Sequence record: SRR20825019_2740
Reading direction: 5' to 3' (one strand)
Length of the DNA: 49,578 bases
Position numbers and translations under genes: made by a program. Shown here piece by piece: positions 27,454 to 37,419 of the stretch; the first letter of the stretch is position 1, and each line of letters opens with the position of its first letter. The notes beneath the pieces were generated by a model that saw nothing but the letters and a program-made list of their open reading frames with translations, was not told the origin of the DNA and searched no databases.

Positions 27454-30177
27454 TCAGGCCAGTAGCCGAAGTTCCCTTGCTTTTGCCAACGCCTCGGTGC
27501 GGGATCCGACTGCAAGCTTGCCGTAAAGGTTGCGAATGTGGGCTTTTACGGTGGTAGGCGCCACCCCCATCGTGTTTGCGATGTCCTTGTTGGCGAGGCC
27601 CTGATTGATGAGATCCAGCACTTCCAGTTCCCGCTGACTCAGGGGTTCGGGGAGATCTGTGTTGCCCGGGGCCGCCTGCGTATCCCTCTGCGAGTCTTCC
27701 GGCTCTGTTTCAGCGGTTTCTGCCTCTGCCAGTTCCGAGAGCATGGCTGTGACCCGGCTGTTCCAGCGGCCCGGCGCCTTGAGAACCGGCAGCGCTCTAC
27801 ACAGCTGGCGGATGGTAGGACTCTCCTCCGCAAGCAGGCGCATGAATCCGGCCTCTGATGCCCGCTGGACGGCCTGGGCCAGCATCTGTTCCGCTTCTAT
27901 CGTTTTACCTTCGGCGAACAGCGCCTCGCTGTAGACCAACTGGATTTCCACCAGATGGCGGTAGTGCTGATCCTGCTCTGCGCTGAGTCGGAGGGGGGCC
28001 AAAGTTGCCATGGCGTCGCCCGGGCGGCCCAGCGCCACCTGAACACGGGCGATACTGATTTGGTTCTGTTCCCGGTTCAGCGGATTGGTGAACCGGTCAG
28101 TGCTCACCTGTTGCACCCATTTTTTCGCCAGATCCAGATGACCGGTGGCGAGATAGCAACGAGCCAGCATGGCGGAGCATGCTGGAGGCTCGAACAGGAT
28201 GTGGTCCCGACGACGTCTTGCAACGCTGGCGGCATCTTCCAGTGCTTCCATCGCTTCCTGGTAGCGCCCTTCACTGAAGGCCAGGTGGCCACGCACGTAC
28301 TGGATAACCACGTGCTGCCCCGGTTCGGTGCCATTGTTGACATGGTCCAGCAGCGGGGCCAGGTAGGAGGCGGCCAACTGGGGTTCGTTTCGCTCCCGGT
28401 AAATCTCGATCAGGGCGCTGTTTTGCCAGCATGAAATTAACATGGGCTGGCGTGGGTCGCTGTGGTGCTGGTCGACCCATTGCCGCACACGGGTGCAGGT
28501 ATCCAGGGCTTCGTCGATATCTCCGCGGTTGTACTGAATCCAGGCAAGCAGGCCGCCGCTTGAGAGTACGGTACTGGGTTTGCGCTCCAGTTCCCCATAA
28601 CGCACAGCGGAGGTCAGGGCGTCCTCGGCGGCTGCCAGGTCCCCCTTACCGTAATAGTCCAGTCCGACTCCGTAATAGGTCACGGATTTCAAGGGTATGC
28701 GGGTGTGGTCAATGTCACGCAGTACCTGTTGGGTCAGGTCGCTGGCGCTTTTATCGTCGCTTTTCGATCGCGCCAGATAAGAGCGGATCAGTGAAATCTC
28801 ACTCTGCAGGCCCAGGGCGCCCTCAGCATCGGGGTGGGAATCGGCCACCTGTTTGTCGAGCATGTCTTCCAGTTCGCCAAGGAGGGGCTCCAGCACGTCT
28901 ACCCGGTTGGCGAAAAACAGCGCCCACACTCTCAGCATTAACAGTTGTGGGCTGTCCTGCAGAGTGTTGGTGGGCAGGGAATCCAGCCAGCTCAGCACCG
29001 GCAGGTGAAAACCGCCGTGGATCAGGTTGTTGCCGTGTTCAGCCAGTACCTTTGCGAGCCAGGGCCAGTCCTGATGCTGGACAATCTGGGAAATGCCTTC
29101 CTGAACGTGGCCATGGACCAGCAACCAGTGGACTGCTCGCTGCCACTGCTTTTCAGTATCTTCCGGTTTGAACTGTCTCACCCGTTGTAACAGCGCGTCC
29201 CGGAACAGGTCGTGATAACGGAACCATTCATTGTGGGTATCCAGCGGAATCAGGAACAGATTTTCCCGCAGCAGCTGTTCCAGCAGCACCTGACTGTTGG
29301 TGGTGCCGCGAACGGCGTCGCAGAGTGAGGCACACAGCCGGGGACAGCAGGCGGTGTCGAGCAGGAAGTCGCGCACCGGCGCAGGTTGCTGCTCCAGCAC
29401 CTCTGTCAGCACATAATCACTGATGCGGCGCTCGTCCAAATCGATGCGTTGGTGACCCGTTCCAGGTTTTTGATCGTCAATGCTGCCGCCGGACAGCGCG
29501 GACAATTGCATGGCGGCAACCCAACCCTCAGTTTTACTGCAGATCCTGCGAATTTCCTGCTCGGAGAGTTCGAGCCCCATGGTGTCGTGGAAGAAGCGCT
29601 GGCACTCCTCCTCGGAGAATGCCAGCAGCCCCGGGTGTATGTCCTCCACCCAGCGGCGCACCCGCCAGCGTGAAAGCGGCAGGGCTGGTTCGGTGCGGGA
29701 TGCCAGGGTCACCAGGACCCCTGGCGGCAGGTAGTCCATGAAATATGACACCTGGCGCTGTAATTGTGGGTCGCGGATAAAATGATAGTCGTCCAGGACC
29801 AGCGACCAGGGTGCGCCATCGGCGGCGAGAACGTTAATCAGCCCGGTAATGGGGCCTTCCAGTTCCTGGAGGCTGCAATGGCTGAGTTGTTGACGGCATT
29901 GCTCCAGACCTGCGAGGCCATTGTGTTCAAACGCCCCCACCACGTACTGCCAGAATCGGCGGGGCTCGTCATCATGCTCATCCAGGGATAGCCAGGCAAC
30001 GGTAGACGGTGACTGGGAGCACCATTGGCTGACCAGTGTGGTCTTGCCAAAACCCGCTGGTGCCACCACCAGATTCAACCGCTTGGCACCGTCCGGCTGC
30101 AGCAGGGCGCTCAGGCGATCCCGTTGTACCGAACGGGGATCCGCGGTTGGTCTGAGGAATTTGGTGGTTAACAGCAT
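27454..30177 (-). CDS. MalT-like (LAL) ATP-dependent LuxR-family transcriptional regulator
   Basis: Walker A APAGFGKTT, LVLDDYH, TEGWVAAMQL, WFRYHDLF; C-terminal LuxR HTH LSQRELEVL...NKDIA...TVKAHIRNLYGKL; 907 aa. Confidence 0.93.
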   Translation of the reverse strand: MLLTTKFLRPTADPRSVQRDRLSALLQPDGAKRLNLVVAPAGFGKTTLVSQWCSQSPSTVAWLSLDEHDDEPRRFWQYVVGAFEHNGLAGLEQCRQQLSHCSLQELEGPITGLINVLAADGAPWSLVLDDYHFIRDPQLQRQVSYFMDYLPPGVLVTLASRTEPALPLSRWRVRRWVEDIHPGLLAFSEEECQRFFHDTMGLELSEQEIRRICSKTEGWVAAMQLSALSGGSIDDQKPGTGHQRIDLDERRISDYVLTEVLEQQPAPVRDFLLDTACCPRLCASLCDAVRGTTNSQVLLEQLLRENLFLIPLDTHNEWFRYHDLFRDALLQRVRQFKPEDTEKQWQRAVHWLLVHGHVQEGISQIVQHQDWPWLAKVLAEHGNNLIHGGFHLPVLSWLDSLPTNTLQDSPQLLMLRVWALFFANRVDVLEPLLGELEDMLDKQVADSHPDAEGALGLQSEISLIRSYLARSKSDDKSASDLTQQVLRDIDHTRIPLKSVTYYGVGLDYYGKGDLAAAEDALTSAVRYGELERKPSTVLSSGGLLAWIQYNRGDIDEALDTCTRVRQWVDQHHSDPRQPMLISCWQNSALIEIYRERNEPQLAASYLAPLLDHVNNGTEPGQHVVIQYVRGHLAFSEGRYQEAMEALEDAASVARRRRDHILFEPPACSAMLARCYLATGHLDLAKKWVQQVSTDRFTNPLNREQNQISIARVQVALGRPGDAMATLAPLRLSAEQDQHYRHLVEIQLVYSEALFAEGKTIEAEQMLAQAVQRASEAGFMRLLAEESPTIRQLCRALPVLKAPGRWNSRVTAMLSELAEAETAETEPEDSQRDTQAAPGNTDLPEPLSQRELEVLDLINQGLANKDIANTMGVAPTTVKAHIRNLYGKLAVGSRTEALAKARELRLLA

Positions 30178-30205
30178 CGTTTCCCTGAATGCCCGTAAAT
30201 GGCAA

Positions 30206-30468
30206 GTGTCCCGTATGGTTAATTCGTTGACCTACTGCGAGACGCTGCGGCCTCTGGCCAAGGCGTCAGTCCGCAGGTGTGGTGGTTCCACATCAAGGGC
30301 TGGCAACACGGGCCAGAGGCCGCAGCGTCTCGCCCTTCGGGAGCCACTGAGGGTCTTGATAGCCGCGTTGCGCTGGTTCGATTTGGAGCCACCAAACCTT
30401 CACCATCGCGCCTAGCTCTCAAGACCCTCAGTGGCTCAGTAGGTTAACGAATTAACCAGACGGGACAC
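30206..30468. mobile_element. MITE-like non-autonomous element with 32-bp terminal inverted repeats and two long internal hairpins
   Basis: TIRs 30206-30237 and 30437-30468 (30/32 match); internal perfect stems 30237-30259/30311-30333 (23 bp) and 30341-30359/30419-30437 (19 bp); no transposase. Confidence 0.75.
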
Positions 30469-30478
30469 CAGATAACGG

Positions 30479-30506
30479 ATTGTGTGCTTTGTCACAGTTA
30501 AGTCAA
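30479..30506 (-). promoter_or_regulatory. Putative sigma70 promoter of the MalT-like gene, overlapped by a CRP-like site
   Basis: Minus strand TTGACT-N16-CACAAT; plus strand TGTGT-N6-TCACA at 30481-30496. Confidence 0.4.
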
Positions 30507-30690
30507 GGGCCGCAAAGACAAATGACGCCGTCGTCATGCTGCGTTCTGGCGTTTTTGGTCTAAACTGTGTTGGAAGGGATTCTGTATACTCAATAAGAAT
30601 GAAAAATCACGTTTTTATGCGTATTCTTCTAATAAGAGCAGCGTATACATGCCCGGTCTGTACCGGGCCTTATGGGGAGCGACAGGGTAG

Positions 30691-31668
<978 letters not shown>

Positions 31669-31682
31669 CGGCCCGGGAAAGA

Positions 31683-32405
31683 TTATTCGCGGGCAATCAG
31701 GTTTCCGGCGTGTAGGCCACATTCCTTCTGCGTGGCTTCTTCCCACCACCAGCGGCCCTCGCGCTCGTGCTGTCCTGGCAGGATAGGGCGTGTGCAGGGT
31801 TCGCAGCCAATGCTGACAAAGCCCTTTTCGTGCAGTTTGTTGTAGGGGGCTTCCGTCATACGGATATAGTCCCAGACTTCCTTCGAGCTCCAGTTCGCCA
31901 GCGGATTAAACTTTACCAGCGTTTTCTCGTCCGTAGAGAAGGCGTCGTCAATCTGTACCACAGGCACGTCATTGCGGGTACCGGGGCTCTGGTCCTTGCG
32001 CTGGCCGGTAATCCACGCATCAACCGTGGCCAGTTTTCGCCGTAACGGATTGACCTTGCGGATACCGCAGCATTCGCCATGGCCGTCTTCATAGAAACTG
32101 AACATGCCCTTGCGGGTGACCAGATCCTGCACTTCCGCAGCATCGGGGAACATCACCTCAATGTTAATGCCATAGTGCTCGCGGACCCGATCAATGAACT
32201 GATAGGTTTCCGGATGAAGGCGCGCCGTATCCAGGGTGAATACCTGAAGGTTGTCGGTCAGCTTATGGGCCAACTCAATCAGTGCGACGTCTTCCGCACC
32301 GCTGAAGGAAATGGCAATGTTGTCGTACTTCGCCAGAGCGGCCTTGAGGATGGCCCTGGGGCTCGCGCCTTCAAGCTCGGCCTGTAACTGTGCAATGTCC
32401 GTCAT
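31683..32405 (-). CDS. cysH: APS/PAPS reductase, 4Fe-4S (APS-type)
   Basis: [34 protein letters not shown]; the CC and CxxC pairs indicate the Fe-S form. Confidence 0.93.
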   Translation of the reverse strand: MTDIAQLQAELEGASPRAILKAALAKYDNIAISFSGAEDVALIELAHKLTDNLQVFTLDTARLHPETYQFIDRVREHYGINIEVMFPDAAEVQDLVTRKGMFSFYEDGHGECCGIRKVNPLRRKLATVDAWITGQRKDQSPGTRNDVPVVQIDDAFSTDEKTLVKFNPLANWSSKEVWDYIRMTEAPYNKLHEKGFVSIGCEPCTRPILPGQHEREGRWWWEEATQKECGLHAGNLIARE

Positions 32406-32604
32406 TTGAAAGGATCACCTGGAGTGTAAATGTGTGATAAATCTACCATTAACCGGCAACAGTCTGAAGGAATGGGGGAGTATATCGTTATAGCCGCACA
32501 GATGTACGATGCATTCCGCCCCGGTTTTTCTTATCATACCGCCTGATTCCAATCCCCGGCGGCCTTCGCCGGGCTGACCAGCGTTCAACTATCAGGAGAC
32601 CATT

Positions 32605-33216
32605 GTGGAACTCGCGTGCCTTGACCTTGAAGGAGTACTGATCCCGGAAATCTGGATCGCGTTTGCGGAAAAAACCGGCATTGAGGAGCTCAAGGCGACC
32701 ACCCGCGACATTCCCGATTACGACGTACTGATGCAGCAGCGCCTGAAACTGCTGGACCAACACGGCTATGGCCTGCCGCAGATCCAGGAAGTGATCGGCG
32801 AGCTGGACCCACTGCCCGGCGCACGGGAGTTCCTGGATTGGCTGCGGGAGCGGTTCCAGGTGGTGATTCTTTCCGACACCTTCTATGAATTCGCCATGCC
32901 GCTGATGGCCAAGCTGGGCTATCCGGCACTGCTGTGCCACAAGCTGGAAGTAAACGAAGACGGCAGGATTACCGATTATCTGCTACGCCAGCGTGACCCC
33001 AAGCGTCAGTCAGTGCGTGCCTTCCAGCTGCTGAACTACCGTGTTATTGCGGCGGGTGATTCCTACAACGACACCACCATGCTGGGCCAGGCGGAAGCGG
33101 GCATCCTGTTTCACGCGCCGCAGAACGTGATCGAGGAGTTCCCCCAGTTCCCGGCGGTGCATACCTTTGCAGAGCTTAAGGATGAGTTCCTGAAGGCCAG
33201 CGCCATCCATAACTGA
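32605..33216 (+). CDS. thrH: Phosphoserine phosphatase/homoserine phosphotransferase ThrH
   Basis: CLDLEGVLIPEIW, TTRDIPDYDVLM, SDTFYEF, GDSYNDTTML; GTG start after AGGAG. Confidence 0.93.
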   Translation: MELACLDLEGVLIPEIWIAFAEKTGIEELKATTRDIPDYDVLMQQRLKLLDQHGYGLPQIQEVIGELDPLPGAREFLDWLRERFQVVILSDTFYEFAMPLMAKLGYPALLCHKLEVNEDGRITDYLLRQRDPKRQSVRAFQLLNYRVIAAGDSYNDTTMLGQAEAGILFHAPQNVIEEFPQFPAVHTFAELKDEFLKASAIHN

Positions 33217-33280
33217 TAGCGCGGACAAGAGGCCGGGGCAAGCTCTTTGTCCTGGCTTTTCCTCCTTTGCAATTTGCTCT

Positions 33281-34579
33281 CTATAACGCTTCCAGTACGC
33301 TCATCAGCTTCTGAACCTTGTCCACGGATTCCCGGTACTCATCATCCGGGTCTGAATCCGCGACGATGCCACATCCCGCCCAGCAGTGAATCTTTCCTTC
33401 TGAATCCGTCATCAGGGTTCGGATTGCGATATTGCTCTCCAGGTTATTGGAAAAATCCCAACGGAAGACCGAGCCGCAGTAGGGCCCGCGACGATGTGGT
33501 TCCAGGTCGTCGATGATCTCCATCGCTCTGCGTTTGGGTGCACCCGTGATAGAGCCCCCGGGGAAGGCAGAGAGAAGGGCTTTTAACGGTGTGTTCTCTG
33601 GTTGCAGCCGGCCTTCCACAGTGCTGACCAGTTGATGGACGTTTTCATAGCTCTCGATACTGAAAAGCTGTGGCACCGTGACGGAAAACGGCTCGCAGAA
33701 TCGCGACAGGTCGTTGCGAATCAAGTCCACGATCATCAGGTTTTCGGCCCGGTCCTTTTCAGCGGCGGCCAGGGATTCGGCGATCCGCTGGTCGTTCGCC
33801 GGCGAGTTCAGATCCCGGGGCCGGGTACCCTTGATGGGTTTGCTGATGACCCTGTTGCCATCTTCAATACTCAGGAACAGCTCTGGTGAAATGCTGAGGA
33901 CCTGATAGGAACCAGCGTTGATGTACGCAGCGTGGGGGACCGGAACGGCCTGGCACAAAACTCGGAACGCTGTGTACGGCTCGCCCTGGTAGCCGCCGGT
34001 GTACTTGTTGGACAGGTTGACCTGATAGCAGTCCCCGGCATGGATATAGCTAAGCACCCGGGATACGCCATTGCGGTAGTGTTCGGCGGGTTGGTCGGCT
34101 GTAAATCCCGGGCTGATGTGAAAAGGATTAGGGCGCGTCGGCTTTTCGCCGGTGAGGTTCAGCACCCGTTCACGGGTTCTATCGTCACACTCGGGATGAA
34201 AATCGAGCCTGGGCGAATTGGCACCCGAAATATCCAGCGTCAGTTGCCAGAGGTAGAGCCCGACATAGCCATAGTCCCCCGCGCTGGCCTCGCCGGAGAA
34301 TCCCGGCACCGTGTGGTTTCCAGCTTCGTAGAACAGCGTGCCCATGATGCCGCCAGCCAATTCCCGGCCCTGCTCTTGGGCCAGTCCCGCCCACGCCTGC
34401 TCCAGCTCTTCCGCCAGGCATGAAAAGGCGAGTGCATCTTTGGGTATCGGCCAATGCTTTATCGGGAACGCCGTAATGATCCGCCGTTGCCTGCCGGCGT
34501 CGGTGTAGTCGATAAACCCATGTTGGCTGCTGATCTGTGAAACGAGGCGTTCTGCCTCTTCCGCACTTAATGTTTTCAC
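33281..34579 (-). CDS. pabB: Aminodeoxychorismate synthase component I
   Basis: GDCYQVNLS, SPELF, KPIKGTRPR, KDRAENLMIVDLIRNDL, FPGGSITGAPK, NIAIRT. Confidence 0.88.
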   Translation of the reverse strand: MKTLSAEEAERLVSQISSQHGFIDYTDAGRQRRIITAFPIKHWPIPKDALAFSCLAEELEQAWAGLAQEQGRELAGGIMGTLFYEAGNHTVPGFSGEASAGDYGYVGLYLWQLTLDISGANSPRLDFHPECDDRTRERVLNLTGEKPTRPNPFHISPGFTADQPAEHYRNGVSRVLSYIHAGDCYQVNLSNKYTGGYQGEPYTAFRVLCQAVPVPHAAYINAGSYQVLSISPELFLSIEDGNRVISKPIKGTRPRDLNSPANDQRIAESLAAAEKDRAENLMIVDLIRNDLSRFCEPFSVTVPQLFSIESYENVHQLVSTVEGRLQPENTPLKALLSAFPGGSITGAPKRRAMEIIDDLEPHRRGPYCGSVFRWDFSNNLESNIAIRTLMTDSEGKIHCWAGCGIVADSDPDDEYRESVDKVQKLMSVLEAL

Positions 34580-34706
34580 GATGTTACATACTTAACAAAA
34601 TCTTGCATGGGTTCACGGTAGCCTGTGCGGCAAGTCACCTGATTTCGGGCTTGGGAAGGCTTGGGCCGGTGCATTCTAAACAATAATCCTAAGGGCAGTA
34701 ACCAGT

Positions 34707-35309
34707 ATGAAGACTTGTAACGGCATTGGTAAGCGATTTGTTTTGGCTATGATCGCAGGGTTTGCGTTTTCCACAGCAGTGTTGGCGCAGGATGCGATTG
34801 ATCGGGAGGACCATGTGCTGTCGGATGGCAAGCTGGACGACAAAGATCTGGCGGCGGTCGTCGCGGTTGCGCAGCGACACCTCACGGAACTGACCGACTC
34901 GGTGGTTAAAAACGCCGGTACAGAACTTGAGGAAGCCGGCATTTTCCGTCCAATGGCGTTCATGGTGATGAAGTCCGACAAGGTCCAGCAAATGAGGCTG
35001 GAGGAAAAGGCTGAAGAAGCACCGGGGCAGGTCAAGGTACTGATGTATCGCGCAGGTCTGAAATCGATTGCCCGCCGCGGGGAAATCCATGCGTCTGCGA
35101 TCGCATACCCAGGCAGCGTTGAGAAAGATGGAGAAACCATCCGTGCGCTGGTTCTTGAACACGAACATCGTCTTGGCATCTCGGGTTTCAAGCTAATCCC
35201 CATCAACCTTGAGAGCGGAAAAGCCAGCTTTGGAAAACCAATGTCGCAGGAAAAGCCGTTCCAGATTTTTTACGACGACAAGGGTGAGGGAGATTCTTCA
35301 ACTAGCTGA
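34707..35309 (+). CDS. Exported hypothetical protein
   Basis: 200-aa ORF with a signal peptide ending VLA-Q; no family recognised. Confidence 0.6.
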   Translation: MKTCNGIGKRFVLAMIAGFAFSTAVLAQDAIDREDHVLSDGKLDDKDLAAVVAVAQRHLTELTDSVVKNAGTELEEAGIFRPMAFMVMKSDKVQQMRLEEKAEEAPGQVKVLMYRAGLKSIARRGEIHASAIAYPGSVEKDGETIRALVLEHEHRLGISGFKLIPINLESGKASFGKPMSQEKPFQIFYDDKGEGDSSTS

Positions 35310-35359
35310 TATTAAAGAGTATATCGGTCAATTATTACGAACCTAGTTGTTTTGTGACA

Positions 35360-35381
35360 ATTTGTGAATGCATTCACGGAA
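35360..35381. promoter_or_regulatory. CRP/Vfr-like site upstream of the DUF6160 gene
   Basis: TGTGA-ATGCAT-TCACG at 35363-35378 in AT-rich context. Confidence 0.55.
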
Positions 35382-35482
35382 CCAGACTGTAAAACAATCT
35401 TAAATGGAGTGGTGAGGTTGAGCCTCACAACAAGGTTAAAACGTTCAACCGGATAACAATAAGTTCAATCAAGGAGAACAAT

Positions 35483-36421
35483 ATGAAAGGCCTGAAGAAA
35501 ATTGCACTGGCAACAGCTGTTGCTGCTGCGCCCTTCGCCGCTCAAGCCGAGCTGCAGGCGATGGACGACAGCATGATGGGTAACGTCACCGGTCAGGCCG
35601 GTGTGACCATCGAGCTGGAAACCCAGGTAAGCATCGGTCAGTTCACCTACACGGACGAAGGTACCTTCGCTGTGAAGGACATCAACCTGGGTGGTGCGCT
35701 TACCAGTAGCCATCAATCTGCTGCAGACTATGCTACGGCTACCGGCGCTGGCGCTCTGTTGGACCAGCTGAAAATCGACATCGACATCGGTACCGATGGT
35801 GATGCAATCATTCACGTTGGCTCTCTCCAGACTGATGGTAGCGGTAACCCGATCCCCATCGACTGGGGTATGACTGCAGGCTCCATGGAGCTTGAAGGTA
35901 ACGGCGGCGAAAACACCGTTCTCGTTTCCAACATGGACGCTTGGGGTCTTCTCGGCGCTCTGGACATCGTTGTCGACACTGACGACGTAGGTACCCAGAC
36001 TGGCACTGGTACCCTGAACATTGACGCAGCGTTCACGGTTGAAGAAATGAGCTTTAACGTTGACTTCCTGGGTATTGGCATTGCCGGCATGACCATTAAA
36101 GGCTCAGAGTCAGGCGGCGAGAGCCTAGGGGCTGCAGAGCTGGAAGCACTGTTCGTTGCTGGAGATCCAGATGCTGACGCTCAAACCATTGGTCGTCGTG
36201 TGGCACTGGCTCAAGCCGGCTTTGCAATCGTTGGCTTGGACATTTACAAAGGCGACGGTATCGGTGCCTCTACGGCCACGGATGTTCTTCGCATTGATGT
36301 AAATGACGTCCTGATGGACATCAACGTTGCCGAAACCAACATCGGCGGTGCAAACATCGGTACCATCGGTATCGACAACCTGCACATCAGCAACACCAAG
36401 CTGGCTGTATACGGTCACTAA
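35483..36421 (+). CDS. DUF6160 / FilA-like secreted beta-rich protein
   Basis: Signal peptide AQA-E, then ELQAMDDSMMGNVTGQAGVTIEL...YTDEG; alternating beta-strand pattern; C-terminal IGTIGIDNLHI...VYGH; AAGGAG RBS. Confidence 0.75.
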   Translation: MKGLKKIALATAVAAAPFAAQAELQAMDDSMMGNVTGQAGVTIELETQVSIGQFTYTDEGTFAVKDINLGGALTSSHQSAADYATATGAGALLDQLKIDIDIGTDGDAIIHVGSLQTDGSGNPIPIDWGMTAGSMELEGNGGENTVLVSNMDAWGLLGALDIVVDTDDVGTQTGTGTLNIDAAFTVEEMSFNVDFLGIGIAGMTIKGSESGGESLGAAELEALFVAGDPDADAQTIGRRVALAQAGFAIVGLDIYKGDGIGASTATDVLRIDVNDVLMDINVAETNIGGANIGTIGIDNLHISNTKLAVYGH

Positions 36422-36447
36422 GCTGATCGCATAACACCTTTGGTGTG

Positions 36448-36475
36448 AACGCCCCGCGCTGCGGGGCGTTTTTTT
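36448..36475 (+). terminator. Rho-independent terminator
   Basis: AACGCCCCGC-GCT-GCGGGGCGTT followed by TTTTT. Confidence 0.88.
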
Positions 36476-36498
36476 ATGCCGGTCAAAAAAGTACTGGT

Positions 36499-36536
36499 AA
36501 AAAAAAGCGGTGACTCGCAAGGAGTCACCGCTTTTT
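36499..36536. terminator. Bidirectional Rho-independent terminator
   Basis: A8-GCGGTGACTC-GCAAG-GAGTCACCGC-T5 between convergent genes. Confidence 0.88.
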
Positions 36537-36561
36537 ATGTTTCGGACCTGTAGAGATAGTC

Positions 36562-37194
36562 TTAGCGATCCGGCACCGCTATAGACAGATCAAACCCACC
36601 GCCAGGACGGGGTGTTAATGTGATCGGGCCTTCGTTAATGCCATGGGGCACCTGGATCGTATCAATACCCGGCGGGTTGCCAATGGTGAAGTTCAGGTTC
36701 TGGCCGTCAAACCCAACGCCCAGTTGATCGTTCAGAAAGGTCTGGCTGAATGGCTCGTCGGGTATTTGGGCCTGCTGTCCGAAAATAATGGGCGGAATGG
36801 TTGGGGTGAACTCCGCTGGGGGCTGCACCCGGGCGAGTTCTTCCTGGGGCAGCAGCAGAGCGCGCCGGAGGAACTCCTCTTCCGCGCTCTCAAGGGCACC
36901 TTTCTTGCCTTCCCGTTCGAAGCGTTCAAGGGCTTCGCGATAGGCTTCCTCTTCCGCTTCCGTTAGCACCGGCTCACCCGGAGAAATGGTCAGGGAGCGG
37001 ATAATCTGCTGCCGGTCCGCGTCGGTTTTCTGCCGTTCTTTAGGCACCACGATGACGGCGGAATCCTTCACGTAGGTTTCAACCATTTCGTCAGAGGTCA
37101 GGGTCTGCACCCCGGCCATCAGCGGGGAGCTAAACGAAACAGCCAGGCTGGCCGTACCAGCCAGAGCGATGTACAAGGGTGTTCGGCGGTTCAT
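36562..37194 (-). CDS. Exported hypothetical protein
   Basis: ATG at 37194 with AGAGG RBS; signal peptide ending LMA-G; helical middle and beta-rich C-terminus. Confidence 0.65.
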   Translation of the reverse strand: MNRRTPLYIALAGTASLAVSFSSPLMAGVQTLTSDEMVETYVKDSAVIVVPKERQKTDADRQQIIRSLTISPGEPVLTEAEEEAYREALERFEREGKKGALESAEEEFLRRALLLPQEELARVQPPAEFTPTIPPIIFGQQAQIPDEPFSQTFLNDQLGVGFDGQNLNFTIGNPPGIDTIQVPHGINEGPITLTPRPGGGFDLSIAVPDR

Positions 37195-37419
37195 GGCGTA
37201 GCCTCTTGCCGTGTCCAAACGCGAAATGGAGGCGCTTCCGACACTAAACTGCAGTCAGTATGCTCCTTGGTTGCAGTATTCTTCTCAGAGATTCGGATTT
37301 CAAGGCGATTTTGTGGTGTTTGTGATCAGAATCGGACTATTGTCAGTATTCTTCTGTAAAACCGCGCAAACGTGTTTATATAACAGGCGTAACCATCCAG
37401 TTTTTGTAACAGGACTCTT

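Noticed and set aside
30219-30422. Small ORFs across the MITE-like element
   Set aside because: No RBS or transposase motifs; by-products of GC-rich palindromic sequence.
30583-30598. CTGTATACTCAATAAG as a possible LexA box upstream of cysB
   Set aside because: The right half lacks the required CAG; more likely a -10 region (TATACT).
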